A stretch of DNA of 39,333 nucleotides from Octopus bimaculoides (taxonomy: Eukaryota), in the NCBI RefSeq assembly GCF_001194135.2, contig NC_068997.1:49825704-49865036 (forward strand), written 5' to 3'. Below, piece by piece: positions 21,259 through 32,352 of the stretch. The first letter of the stretch is position 1. Each line of letters starts with the position of its first letter. Below the pieces are notes generated by a model. It was not told the DNA's origin. It worked only from the letters and a program-made list of their open reading frames with translations, and searched no databases. The position numbers and the translations under genes are program-made.

Positions 21259-21412
21259 TTGAAAATCCACAATTGCTTGTCCCACTTTCAACTTGGTGCT
21301 GAAGTAGTCATTGTTTAAAGTTATACTCCTTGTCTCCATTTCCTGCAACAAGTTATTGAGCATAGTTCTAGCTATGGCCTCATTACTTGGATTACTCTCA
21401 TCAATGGAATTC
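21259..21412 (-). CDS. STAT: STAT exon, N-domain: (W)NSIDESNPSNEAIARTMLNNLLQEMETRSITLNNDYFSTKLKVGQAIVDFQ
   Basis: atttcag|G acceptor completes the TG|G Trp codon from the previous exon. Donor CAA|gtaagt. 154 nt, phase 2 to 0. Confidence 0.9.
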
Positions 21413-21799
21413 CTGAAATAATTGATAAAAAAAAATAATATTTTTTTAATCATCAGACAATTTTTTGTGGCAGTAAGAAGAGGGGAGTTTACTCGTTAGT
21501 GTTTACAAAATATAGACTTATCATTGGTTATAAGTTTCCCATGAATCAATCAACGGTTTACTCCATTTCCAATAATAAACAATCCTAGTTACAGTCATCA
21601 TCATCATCATCACCACCATTGTCATCGTCTTCTAACGACAATCTTCCATGCTGGCATAGGTTGAACAATTTGACAGGATCGGATGGATGTGAGGACTTCC
21701 ATTGTGCTCCAGTGTCTGCCTTGGGCTTCATGGCTGGATGCCTTCCCTTTACCAACCACTTAATAGAACATATGGGGTGTAGAAGACATTCTTTGTACA

Positions 21800-23148
21800 G
21801 ATTTGAATTTCGTGTAGCCACCTGGTACTATATTATTAAAATATGATTTTAAGATGGTGTATAGACCATCCAAGAAATTAGGCCATGCTGATTGTTTATC
21901 AAGACTGATTCCGAAAATTGCAGAACCATTTGAAGATACTGTGATTGCTGCTGTGCGAGCAGAAAATGGAATTAAAAATGTTTGGTGTAACATCATATGT
22001 GAACTGCCAGTCACATTATAAGACATAAAATTAAAATTGGAAAACAATAAATTCATAACAAAAATGAAAGTAATGCTGAAGGCTAAAAGAGATAAAAATA
22101 AGTGCAACACAAATTCAAACCTATTCTCAATGTGTGACAATGTGTTGATGTACGCATAATGAGTCGCAGTGCCAGCCACACTATAGATGTGATTACTGAA
22201 GGAATTTTACATTGGTCACCCAGGGATTTTAAGAATGAAATCTTCAATGAGAAGTTGTGTATATTGGCCAACAATGGACCGTGACATTGAAGAACTAGTG
22301 AAAGCATGCAGAGGGTGTGCCTTAGCTGCAAAAGGACCTACCACTAAATGACAACCATGGCCAAAAACAGATATTCCATGATCCAGACTGCATGTTGATT
22401 ATGCAGGTCCACTTAAGGGTCCTTGTTACCTTGTTGTGGTAGACAGTTTTTTTAAAGTGGCCTGAAGTGCATAAATGTAAAAACCCAACATTTGCAGTTA
22501 CAATAAGTCTTTTACATGAATTGTTCACCAGATATGGTATTCCTGATTGGCACTGTGTCTGATAAGGGAACTCAATTTACCTCAGACAAAATTTTGTAAG
22601 ATTTTCATTATCAAACACGTGACCCCTCTGTTGTATCATCCAGGGACAAATGAACAAGTGGAGTGTTTTGTTGACACTTTCAAGGGGGCCCTAAAAAAGA
22701 CAAACAATGAAGTAATGGACGACCTTGCAATTCAACAATTTCTTAGAGTGTACCAAGTAACACCTAATCTGGATACTCCATCTCGAATGTTACCCACAGA
22801 ATTGAAGTTTGCTAGATATGGTAAAGAGAGCTGGGAGGATGGTGTAATTATTAAACAAATTGGAAGAATGTTATTCCTGGTAAAAGGAAAACATGTTGAA
22901 CATAAAAGACATATTAACCAACTTAAAAAAAGATTCACAGAAAAAAAGTCTTGAGAAATGAAATCCCTATGAGGTGTTTGAGGTACCAACACTCAAACAA
23001 TTTGAAATTACATGTTCTAGCACCAGAAAACAGAAAAGAATGGGAACACTGGAATTGAATGCTAAATGTAAGAGATATTAAAACCCTGAGCAGAGTTTAA
23101 TTCTCAAAAGGGGAAAAGTTAGGGGAGACTAATTCTAAACAGGCGAAA
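21800..23148 (+). mobile_element. Decayed Ty3/gypsy pol (RNase H end, integrase), antisense within a STAT intron
   Basis: YDFKMVYRPSKKLGHADCLSRL; frameshifted HxGHPG..C..C zinc finger; PWSRLHVDYAGPL, SD(N)GTQF and QVE(R)FVDTFK core motifs. Confidence 0.88.
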
Positions 23149-23302
23149 TGTTGTAGAAGGATTCCAATCACCCCCATGTGACTAAAAGTGGACAGACACA
23201 TTTCTATTAAATAAACAAACTGTCAAGTCGTCAGCAATTGATTGTGAACAATTGACAGTAAGCAGTTCTTTCACATTGCTTTGTTAAGTTCTATATCCAA
23301 CA
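23149..23302 (+). mobile_element. Putative 3' LTR of the gypsy element (154 bp)
   Basis: Starts TGTTG and ends CAACA. Preceded by purine-rich tracts at 23107-23148, and contains AATAAA. No 5' LTR is seen for confirmation. Confidence 0.6.
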
Positions 23303-23619
23303 CCAGGATATAAAAATATATGATGGGCTTCTTTGCCAAACCCACTCAGAAGGCTTTGGTTGGCCTGGAGCAATAGTAGAAGATACTTGCCAAAAAAAAA
23401 AAAAAAAAAAATCATAAAATTGTTTCACACAGACCACTTGACAGATCTTCAGTTTATTGAAGATTGGTCCAGTGGCACTCCTATGAACAGCTGACAAATA
23501 AAATTAGCTTCAGGAGGGATTTGAATTCACAACATATGGATATGTAATTAAAATACAAGTTATTTTGTTTAACACTCAACTACATGCATCACCATAAGAT
23601 TACATAAAATAATATTTTA

Positions 23620-24345
23620 TCAATATTTTACCAATAATTTGCCAATATCTCATCAATATTTCACCAATAGTTTATCAATATTTAACCAATATTTTATTAA
23701 TTTCAGTAATATTTTATATTTTAGCAATACTTTATTAATATTTTAGCAATATTTCACCAAAATTTTATCAATATTTTACCAATATTTTGCCAATATCTCA
23801 TCAATATTTCACTAATATTTTATCAATATTTAACCAATATTTTATACTTTAGCTATACTTTATTAATATTTTAGCAATATTTCACCAAAACTTTATCAAT
23901 ATTTTACCAATAATTGGCCAATATCTCATCAATATTTCACCAATAGATTATCAATATTTAACCAATATTTTATTAATATTTCAGCAATATTTTATATTTT
24001 AGCTATACTTTATTAATATTTTAGCAATATTTCATCAAAACTTTATCAATATTTTACCAATAATTTGCCAATATCTCATCAATATTTCACCAATAGTTTA
24101 TCAATATTTAACCAATATTTTATTAATATTTCAGCAATATTTTATATTTTAGCTATACTTTATTAATATTTTAGCAATATTTCACTAAAATTTTATCAAT
24201 ATTTTACCAATAATTTGCCAATATCTCATCAATATTTCACTAATATTTTATCAATATTTAACCAATATTATATTAATATTTTAGCAATATTTCATATTTT
24301 AGAAATACTTTAATATTTTAGCAATATTTCCCCAACATTTTAACA
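23620..24345. repeat. AT-rich minisatellite: about 11-bp CAATATTTTAC-like monomers in a roughly 150-bp higher-order unit (about 5 copies)
   Basis: The marker CAATATCTCATC recurs at 23643, 23791, 23919, 24069 and 24219 (spacing 148, 128, 150, 150). Confidence 0.9.
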
Positions 24346-24354
24346 ATACATTAC

Positions 24355-24485
24355 CAATCTTGACACTCGAGCCAATCTGACATAACATCGCGCACTTCTA
24401 ATGGGAACCTTGCATCTTCGTAGCAGGACGAGATCGGTGCCCAATATTGGTTTGGAAGCTGTTTAGTTTTGATCCATAAAGACAT
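24355..24485 (-). CDS. STAT: STAT (STAT5-like) first coding exon, N-terminal domain: MSLWIKTKQLPNQYWAPISSCYEDARFPLEVRDVMSDWLECQD(W)
   Basis: Resembles the STAT N-domain motif FPxEVRxxxxxWxExQxW. Acceptor ttttcag precedes 24503 (18 nt of 5'UTR), ATG at 24485, donor TG|gtaatg in phase 2. Confidence 0.93.
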
Positions 24486-24641
24486 GGTTGGAGTGGATTC
24501 TTCCTGAAAATAGAAGTGTATATAAATAAACAAGTGTGTGTATGTGAGTATAGGTATGTGTGTCTGTGCAGGCATGTAGATGTGCAGAGAGAGAGAGAGC
24601 AATAGACAGACATTCAAAGTGATGATGACAAAGACGATATA

Positions 24642-24672
<31 letters not shown>

Positions 24673-24913
24673 TTATATATATATATATATGTGTATATGT
24701 GTGTGTGTATGTATGTATATGCAGTTAGATATATCTCCAATCACAGAATGTTCAATGGTTTTGCATCCATAAAGCACAGACCTATTTTATGGATGCAAAA
24801 CCATTGGTCATTCTATGGCCACACATATACATAACTGCATATAAACGTGTTACCGCTCTATGTATTAGAGTGTGTTTCTTTTACGGATATATGATATACA
24901 GGCCATGTGCCTC

Positions 24914-24982
<69 letters not shown>

Positions 24983-25621
24983 ACTCACAAGACTTTGGTT
25001 GGCCTGAGGCTCCAGTAGAAACCACTTGCCCAAGATTCTATACTGTAGGATTGAACCTGGAACCATGTAGTTGGGAAGCAAACTTTGTACCACACAACCA
25101 TGCCTGAATATAAATGTATACATGCGGGGTTTTTTTGTGTGTGTGTCTGTACAATTAGAAGTTAGACTGCCTTATCCGCTTCTCTAAAATTGCTGGCCTT
25201 GGGTCAAAATTTGAAAGCATTATTTTTCAACTTTATCTGCTTAGATTTCAACCATTATAAACATTGTTTCACTTGTATCGAAGTATGTGAAGGTATGTGG
25301 CCTAGTGGTTATGGTATTTGGCTCATGATTGCAAGATCATGAGTTCAATTTCCAGCACCACATTGTGTGCTTAAGCAAGACACTTTATTTAACATTGCTC
25401 CAATTCATTGAGCTGGCAGCAAAAATGAGTAGTACTTGTATTTCAAAGGGCCGACCTTGTCATGCTGAGTTTCCCTGAGAACTCCATTAAGAGTACACAT
25501 GTCTGTGGAGTACTTATTCTATCAGTCTGTTTTGTTGAACTGCTAGGTAACAGGGATGGTCGCCAAGTGGTGAGGTGGGGACAAATATAGACACAAAGAT
25601 ACACACATAGACATATACATA

Positions 25622-25679
<58 letters not shown>

Positions 25680-26864
25680 GATGGGCTTCTTTAAGTTTCT
25701 GTCTACCAAATCCACTTGCAAAGTCTTGGTTGGTTTGAGGTTACAGAAGAAGACACTTGCCCAAAGTACCACACAGTGGGACTGAACCCAGAACCATGTG
25801 ATAATGTGATTGGGAAGCAAGTTTCTTACCACACAGCCTTACCTCTGCCTATATATAGGTCTGTATGTAAAGTTTGAAATAAATGATAATTTTTATCTTC
25901 AAAATTTAGGTTATGATCCTCTACAGCACCTACAAACATGCATCAATCTCTACCCTGAATAATATTAACAGTTGTTAATAGACAGTATTGCTGATAAGGA
26001 TGAACCTTGGGTATTTCATGACATCTCAGGTAAACCTAAAGGACTTTCACAATATGAGTCATGCTTTCAACTTGTTTCCCACACATTCTATAGAGGTACG
26101 TTGCACTTATGTGGTACATATCTTTTCACTAAGTTGGTATTCAATGATGATCAGATTTTTAGTCCTCTTTTTAAGGTCCTTTTGTTGAGCTACACACACA
26201 CGCATATACACTAACATATATATTTGCAATTTATAATGTTTAGTTACTAATCATTCTAAAGAAATTTAGGAAACATTTTCGTAAGGAAGGTGTAAGAAAT
26301 TCCTTCATTTAGGGGACCAGTTTGCCTACTATAGCACTGAAATTAGTGTTCACCAGGAGTCCAAGCCTGCCCAAAGCCTGACCTTAAGGATATAAGGAGC
26401 AGGGTGTTTTTCTGGAAATATTTTGGGGGGAAATAAAGCAGGCCTTACATGATTGAAAATAAGTGCTCTTGTTCTTAAGTTGTACAGCAATCACAAAACA
26501 ACTGACAAAAATAAAAAAATTGTTTTATCTTTGAAGTGAACAGTGCTTTGAGAAGACAATTTCGAGTGGGCACTTCAAGCAAAGTGCTTGATACAAGAAG
26601 AGATCAGGCAAACATGTGAGACGTGAAAACGCCTCCATTTTTACTATAGGCACAAGGCCTGAAATTTGGAGGTGGGGGTCGCTACTTCATTACATCGACT
26701 CCAGTGTTCAAATGGAATTTATTTTATTGATCCTAAAAGGATGAAAGGTAAAGTCAGCCTAGGCGGGAGTTGAACTCAGAACATAAAGACAGACGAAATG
26801 CTGTTATGCATTTTGTCCACCATGCTAACAATATATATATATATATAAGTAAAGCAGCTAGTTA

Positions 26865-27075
26865 GAAAAATCTCAATGAGGTAGTTTGCAAGAGGGTGTC
26901 ATAGAATTGGTCTTTCAGACCATCTGGTAGCCCCGGTTGAGGTGCATAGGCTGAGATGACAGTAGCTAATCTATGATGAAGCACTAGTCTGATCTTAAGT
27001 ACTCTGTCACTTACTCTAACGACCTCGATTACCTTATCCACCCATTTCTCATACCAAGAAGTAATATATATCGCC
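26865..27075 (-). mobile_element. RTE-like LINE apurinic endonuclease fragment
   Basis: KWVDKVIEVVRVSDRVLKIRLVL...TVISAYAPQPGLPDGLKDQFYDTL, with the SAYAPQ motif. Confidence 0.85.
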
Positions 27076-27369
27076 ACATCAATATGGCTGTTTGATGTTA
27101 TTACCATTTTAACACCAGACGGATCCTGTGCCAGCTGGTTACTGGTGCAATCTGCAACCTGTTTATATATACATTGCAGTCAGGTGAGCAAACCCCTACC
27201 ATCCTCCAGCGGGGCAACAGGACCAGGAGACTGAACGGTTCCAGGTTACTTGTGCCCATCTTCAGTCGTGAACACCCGACCACTAGAAATTAGCAGGGAT
27301 TCAATTCAGCTCACTTCAGATATGCCTGGGGTTAAAACAGTAGCAATGCTGGACAGCCATATTGATGTG

Positions 27370-27731
27370 GTGATAGATACTACTTCTATATGTACACACA
27401 CACATATTTATATATCTATATCTATATATATATACACACACACACACTCATATATATATGTATAGACATATATGTATAGATATATATACACATATATTTA
27501 TATATCTATATCTATATATCTATATATATATATATATATAAACACACACACATATATATATATGTATACACATATATATATATATATATACACACACATA
27601 TATATACACATGTGTATGTATATATATATATATATATATACATACACACATATATGTATATATATACACGCATGTATATATATACACGCATGTATATATG
27701 TGTGCGTATATATATATATATATGTATATAT

Positions 27732-27770
<39 letters not shown>

Positions 27771-27790
27771 TATATATATATATGTGTGTG
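27370..27790. repeat. Compound (AT)n/(AC)n microsatellite; similar tracts at 24640-24725, 24915-24980, 28440-29210, 29615-29675 and 37445-37492
   Basis: Direct reading. Confidence 0.95.
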
Positions 27791-28466
27791 TGGTAAATGA
27801 AAGACGGAAGATGGAATACACGAGAATATATTATTATGATCAAGACGCATACAGTTTATTGACTCCAAAAGGATGAAAATCAAAATAGACCTCAGCAGAA
27901 CTTGAACCTAGAATGTAGACAACCAGAATAAAAACAACAAGGCATTCTGCATGAGGCTCTAAAAATTCTACAAAATTTGAATGTAGGTGTGTGTGTGTGG
28001 AGGTCAATGCACATGTAAGTTCCACGGAAATGGCATGTTTCATAATTTTATTTCTTTAAAACCATTCAAAACACTGCTTCCGGAAGTTAAAAATTTCTTG
28101 TGTTTTTAATTTGAATTTGTAGCCAAGGCTGTTCCTTGTTAGTGTACGTGTGTATGCATGTAAGATATATATAGACATAAATCATCATCATCCTTTAACA
28201 TCCGTTTTCCATATATGTAGATATATAATACAAATAATACGTGAGTATATGCATATATACGTACATGTATGTACTTACCTACATCTACATGTATATATAG
28301 ATGCATATCTGGGTAGAGGATGTCACAAAAAAACGTGGACAAAATGAAAAACAGAACATAAACAAAGCACAGAAAACAGACAGGCCACATAGAGAATATT
28401 TCCTTCATCAGCTGCCCCTATTCTAAACTAAGCATTCCGAAGAGTTATATACACACATACACACAC

Positions 28467-28523
<57 letters not shown>

Positions 28524-29153
28524 CATACAAATATATATGTGCATATACATATACAAAATGTATGTATATGCATATAAATATATATTGTTGTGTCTAGGGA
28601 GGGCCATTCTCTTTTAGTGCCTGATTATTTAACACACTCACCGGTAAAGTTTCCCCTCATTTACTTGTTTATTTTTCCTAAAATTTTCGTCTTGTCTTCC
28701 AACCTTTTCAATAGTCATTGACTCTGTCCATTATCCAAGCTGTGTTCTTTTTGCTTGTTTGTGCACATGTGTGTGGGTCGGTGTGTGTGCACACATACAC
28801 ATGTATGTATGTATGTATGTATGTATGTATACATGCAAGTGTGTGTATGCATGTGTGTGCATATGTATATATACATATAAAGACATATATACATGTTTAT
28901 ATATACATATACAGAATGTATGTATATACATATGTATGTGCATATATATGCATATATATACATGTGTCTATATATTTACATACATACATACATGTATGTC
29001 TATATATGTATGTATTTATACACATACATGCATGTATGTGTATATGTGTGCGTATATATATGGTCCCACCCTAGCCAGCAAGGAAGGCAGACATTAGATA
29101 ATGATGATGATATATATATGTATGTATATATTTATATATAAAACGTGTATACA

Positions 29154-29203
<50 letters not shown>

Positions 29204-29612
29204 TGTGTTATGTTGTATTAATATATAAGTATATATAGTGTGACAATGGCTTAACTGGCTGAAATTTCGAAGTGTCACTGTCAACATTAATCTTGTTTCA
29301 CAATAATTCATTTTTTAATCATAAAAAAACTATAGAATAATCCATTAGATTAAAATAAGTTGTTTTTTTTTTATGACTGAACAGGAAAACAAACATTAAC
29401 ACACACCGACACACACACACATATATACATACATACGTATACACACTGAAGGAGTGCCACTTATCTTCAATGTATTGTGAGATGCAAACAAAAAATAGGT
29501 TCTCTAAGTGAAACAGCTTAACAAGGCTTAACAATTTCTTTTCAACAGTATTTGTAAACATTTTACAATATCATACTGGATTTATTTTCTAACTGAAAAT
29601 GTACTGACCTCA

Positions 29613-29678
<66 letters not shown>

Positions 29679-30827
29679 TGAAACTAACACCTCGATCGCC
29701 ATTACATACAAAACTACCTATCGCCATTAGATACAAAACTACTATCGCCATTCTTCTCATTTAAATATAAACAAACGCGAGCGTAGCGGAGAACCCAACC
29801 TTGTCATCACATNNNNNNNNNNNNNNNNNNNNNNNNNNNNNNNNNNNNNNNNNNNNNNNNNNNNNNNNNNNNNNNNNNNNNNNNNNNNNNNNNNNNNNNN
29901 NNNNNNNNNNNNNNNNNNNNNNNNNNNNNNNNNNNNNNNNNNNNNNNNNNNNNNNNNNNNNNNNNNNNNNNNNNNNNNNNNNNNNNNNNNNNNNNNNNNN
30001 NNNNNNNNNNNNNNNNNNNNNNNNNNNNNNNNNNNNNNNNNNNNNNNNNNNNNNNNNNNNNNNNNNNNNNNNNNNNNNNNNNNNNNNNNNNNNNNNNNNN
30101 NNNNNNNNNCTAACCAGCATCATCGTCATGACCAACACGATTCTACGATTACTACTAACCAGCATCAATCTCCACCAGCGTCAACACGACTTACTATGTA
30201 CACCAAACTAAACCACCGCGGCACATCTCTCTCTTTGATTCTGTTAGGTGACTCAGCTTCACCACGATAAATAAACAGACAAGAATTTCAGCCAGCGACG
30301 AACATCTGTATAACAAGAATCACGGCCCGGCATCGATGCCACAACATCACAACTAGTGATCAGCACTGCCACACACAGCCTCAACTACTCTCACATACAG
30401 ACTTTTCCAATTGGGTACTAAAGAACTGGTATAAATGCTCACGTGTTATTGTCTCTCTTTCTATCTGCTGTAATAACTCACATACACACACATGTATCAC
30501 TCACATACATACTTTTCTTTGTACGACGGCCTGTCTTTGATTATGTTCTTATATGTCGCATTCACACTCACACACAGACATACATCTTTAACGCCATAAT
30601 AAATATTTCTGTTATTCATCTTATACGGTTGTGGTCTTTCATTACTGGTCATCTATGTTATCGTAGTATAACATATCATGTATATGATATTTGATATATA
30701 TATTGTTGTGTTCGACCGTGTGACACGTTTAAATAAAAGGAGTCCTCTATTTTTCCATTCGTCACCATTTCTCCCTTTTTGAGTTCGCACAGTCGTCCTT
30801 ACATATGTATGTGTGTATATATATATA

Positions 30828-31370
30828 TGGTGGTCATTAAGCTCTGCAGTAATTATGGGGGCTGTACTTTTGTGATCCTTTCTAACAATTCGCGTAAGAT
30901 TCTGACAGTCCCTAGCTGAAAGTTTTGGTTTTCTTCTGGAGTTTTGTTTCGACAAGGAGGTTTTTCCCCTCTTTCTCAAAAGCTGTCATTACTTTCAAGA
31001 CAGTACTTCTTGATACACCAAACATTTTGGCTATTTTCGTTACGCTAGCGCCTGCCATATGAGCACCAACAATTTGACCTCACTGAAAGTTTGATAAAAC
31101 TGTCATTTTAATTACCTTTTTCTGATGTTATTTGANNNNNNNNNNCCTGCCATATGAGCACCAACAATTTGACCTCACTGAAAGTTTGATAAAACTGTCA
31201 TTTTAATTACCTTTTTCTGATGTTATTTGAAAAGAGACAGCAATTTTAGCAAAACATAAAGCAACACTAATAATAAATCAAAAAGCATAAAAACAAACAA
31301 GCTTTTGATGGTTTTATAGATACTTCAAAATTATGATGCTAGGTGTTTCCATTATTTTGTCCAACTCCTG
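30828..31370 (-). mobile_element. Tc1-like transposon 5' part with paired-domain transposase remnant
   Basis: Terminus TA|CAGGAGTTGGACAAAATAATGGAAACACC. GQIVGAHMAGASVTKIAKMFGVSRSTVLKVMTAFEKEGKT..RKPKLSARD..LTRIVRKDHKSTAPIITAELN. Confidence 0.85.
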
Positions 31371-31424
31371 TATTTGTATATTAAATATATTATTTACATT
31401 ATTTGTCCTCATTTCGTTTGTTGT

Positions 31425-31468
31425 TAACACGTTTCAGCTGATATACTCTCCAGCCTTCATCAGGTGTC
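31425..31468 (-). ncRNA. Hammerhead-like motif in the left arm of the palindrome (3-nt-shorter variant)
   Basis: GACAC-CUGAUGA-A-GGCUG-GAGAGUAUAU-CAGCU-GAAAC-GUGUU. Confidence 0.5.
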
Positions 31469-31611
31469 TTGGGGAAATTTTGAGCCTGGGTTCTCACTTC
31501 TAAGATATTTTTTGATGCTATTATTATTATTATTCAGGTCACTGCCTGGAATCAAACTCGGAATCTTAGGGTTAGTAGCCCGTGCTCTTAACTATTATGC
31601 CATATGCCCAC

Positions 31612-31686
31612 GGGCATATGGTGTAGTAGTTAAGAGCACGGGCTACTAACCCCAAGATTCCGAGTTCGATTCCAAGCAGTGACCTG
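31612..31686 (+). promoter_or_regulatory. tRNA-like head with internal Pol III A/B boxes
   Basis: A-box-like TGGTGTAGTAG and B-box GAGTTCGATTCC with tRNA-like spacing. The acceptor stem does not pair, so this is not a functional tRNA. Confidence 0.7.
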
Positions 31687-31689
31687 AAA

Positions 31690-31725
<36 letters not shown>

Positions 31726-31776
31726 AACACTGAAAAATACCTTAGGAATGAGAACTCCGGTTCGAAATTTTCCCAA

Positions 31777-31822
31777 GACATCTGATGAAGGCTGGAGAGT
31801 ATATCAGCCGAAACGTTGTGTT
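31777..31822 (+). ncRNA. Minimal type I hammerhead ribozyme motif (best copy), predicted cleavage after GUU at 31817
   Basis: Stem I GACAU/GUGUU; core CUGAUGA plus an extra A; stem II GGCUG/CAGCC with a 10-nt loop; GAAA; loopless self-complementary stem III ACGU. Confidence 0.72.
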
Positions 31823-32352
31823 AGCAACAAACAAGATGAGGACAAATATCCGTCAAATGTAAATAATGTACATAATTCATCTCTTAAATATAGAACTGTC
31901 TAAATTAAATATATATATATATCTGGGAAATTGCAAAAGGACCTGGGGCACGTGTTCTTCACAGGTGTATACTGCAACACCATCATGACTCCTGTCTTTT
32001 CTGTCACTTTGCATTATAATATAGTTTGGCATGTGTATTTCTGCATCTACAAATATCAGGTTTTAAGTATGTTCTCTTGAGTGCTATGAATAAGGCTTGA
32101 TTGCATCCAACAAGGTCTCTTAGGGAGGGAATTTTTGTTCTGTTACTGAGATCCAACAATCCTCTAATGTTTAGTAAGAGTTTCAAAGTGACATCTGTGC
32201 TAATGCCAGTGGTGGCCACACTGGATCCATTGATTGTGATGGTTTTATACATTGGTGGGGTGCATTTCTACTGCATGATGACATCAGGTAGCCAATAATT
32301 GTAGATGAGCTTTGCATAATATTTTAAAAGATTTATATCCAAAACTCATTAA

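Larger units (their letters stand above)
31385..31898. mobile_element. Head-to-head palindromic pair of the tRNA-head/(AAT)n/hammerhead repeat
   Basis: Centre CATATGCCC-AC-GGGCATATG at 31601-31620. The arms mirror each other through the tRNA-like head, AAT tract and hammerhead segment. Confidence 0.88.

Noticed and set aside
22547-22954. 135-aa ORF as an intact or domesticated integrase
   Set aside because: It is one frame of a multiply frameshifted gypsy pol, starts mid-domain and has an internal deletion.
28395-28440. CTGATGAAG on the minus strand as another hammerhead
   Set aside because: No stem II followed by GAAA downstream.
27472-29141. ORFs rich in [12 protein letters not shown] (also 1942-2256 and 24351-25123 outside the STAT exon)
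   Set aside because: Translations of dinucleotide microsatellites.
31051-31230. Exact 85-bp direct repeat inside the Tc1 remnant
   Set aside because: The copies flank a 10-N gap, which is typical of an unmerged contig overlap.
31612-31686. Functional tRNA gene (also the SINE heads at 4850 and 25290)
   Set aside because: No acceptor-stem pairing and no T-run terminator. It continues directly into repeat body, so it is tRNA-derived only.
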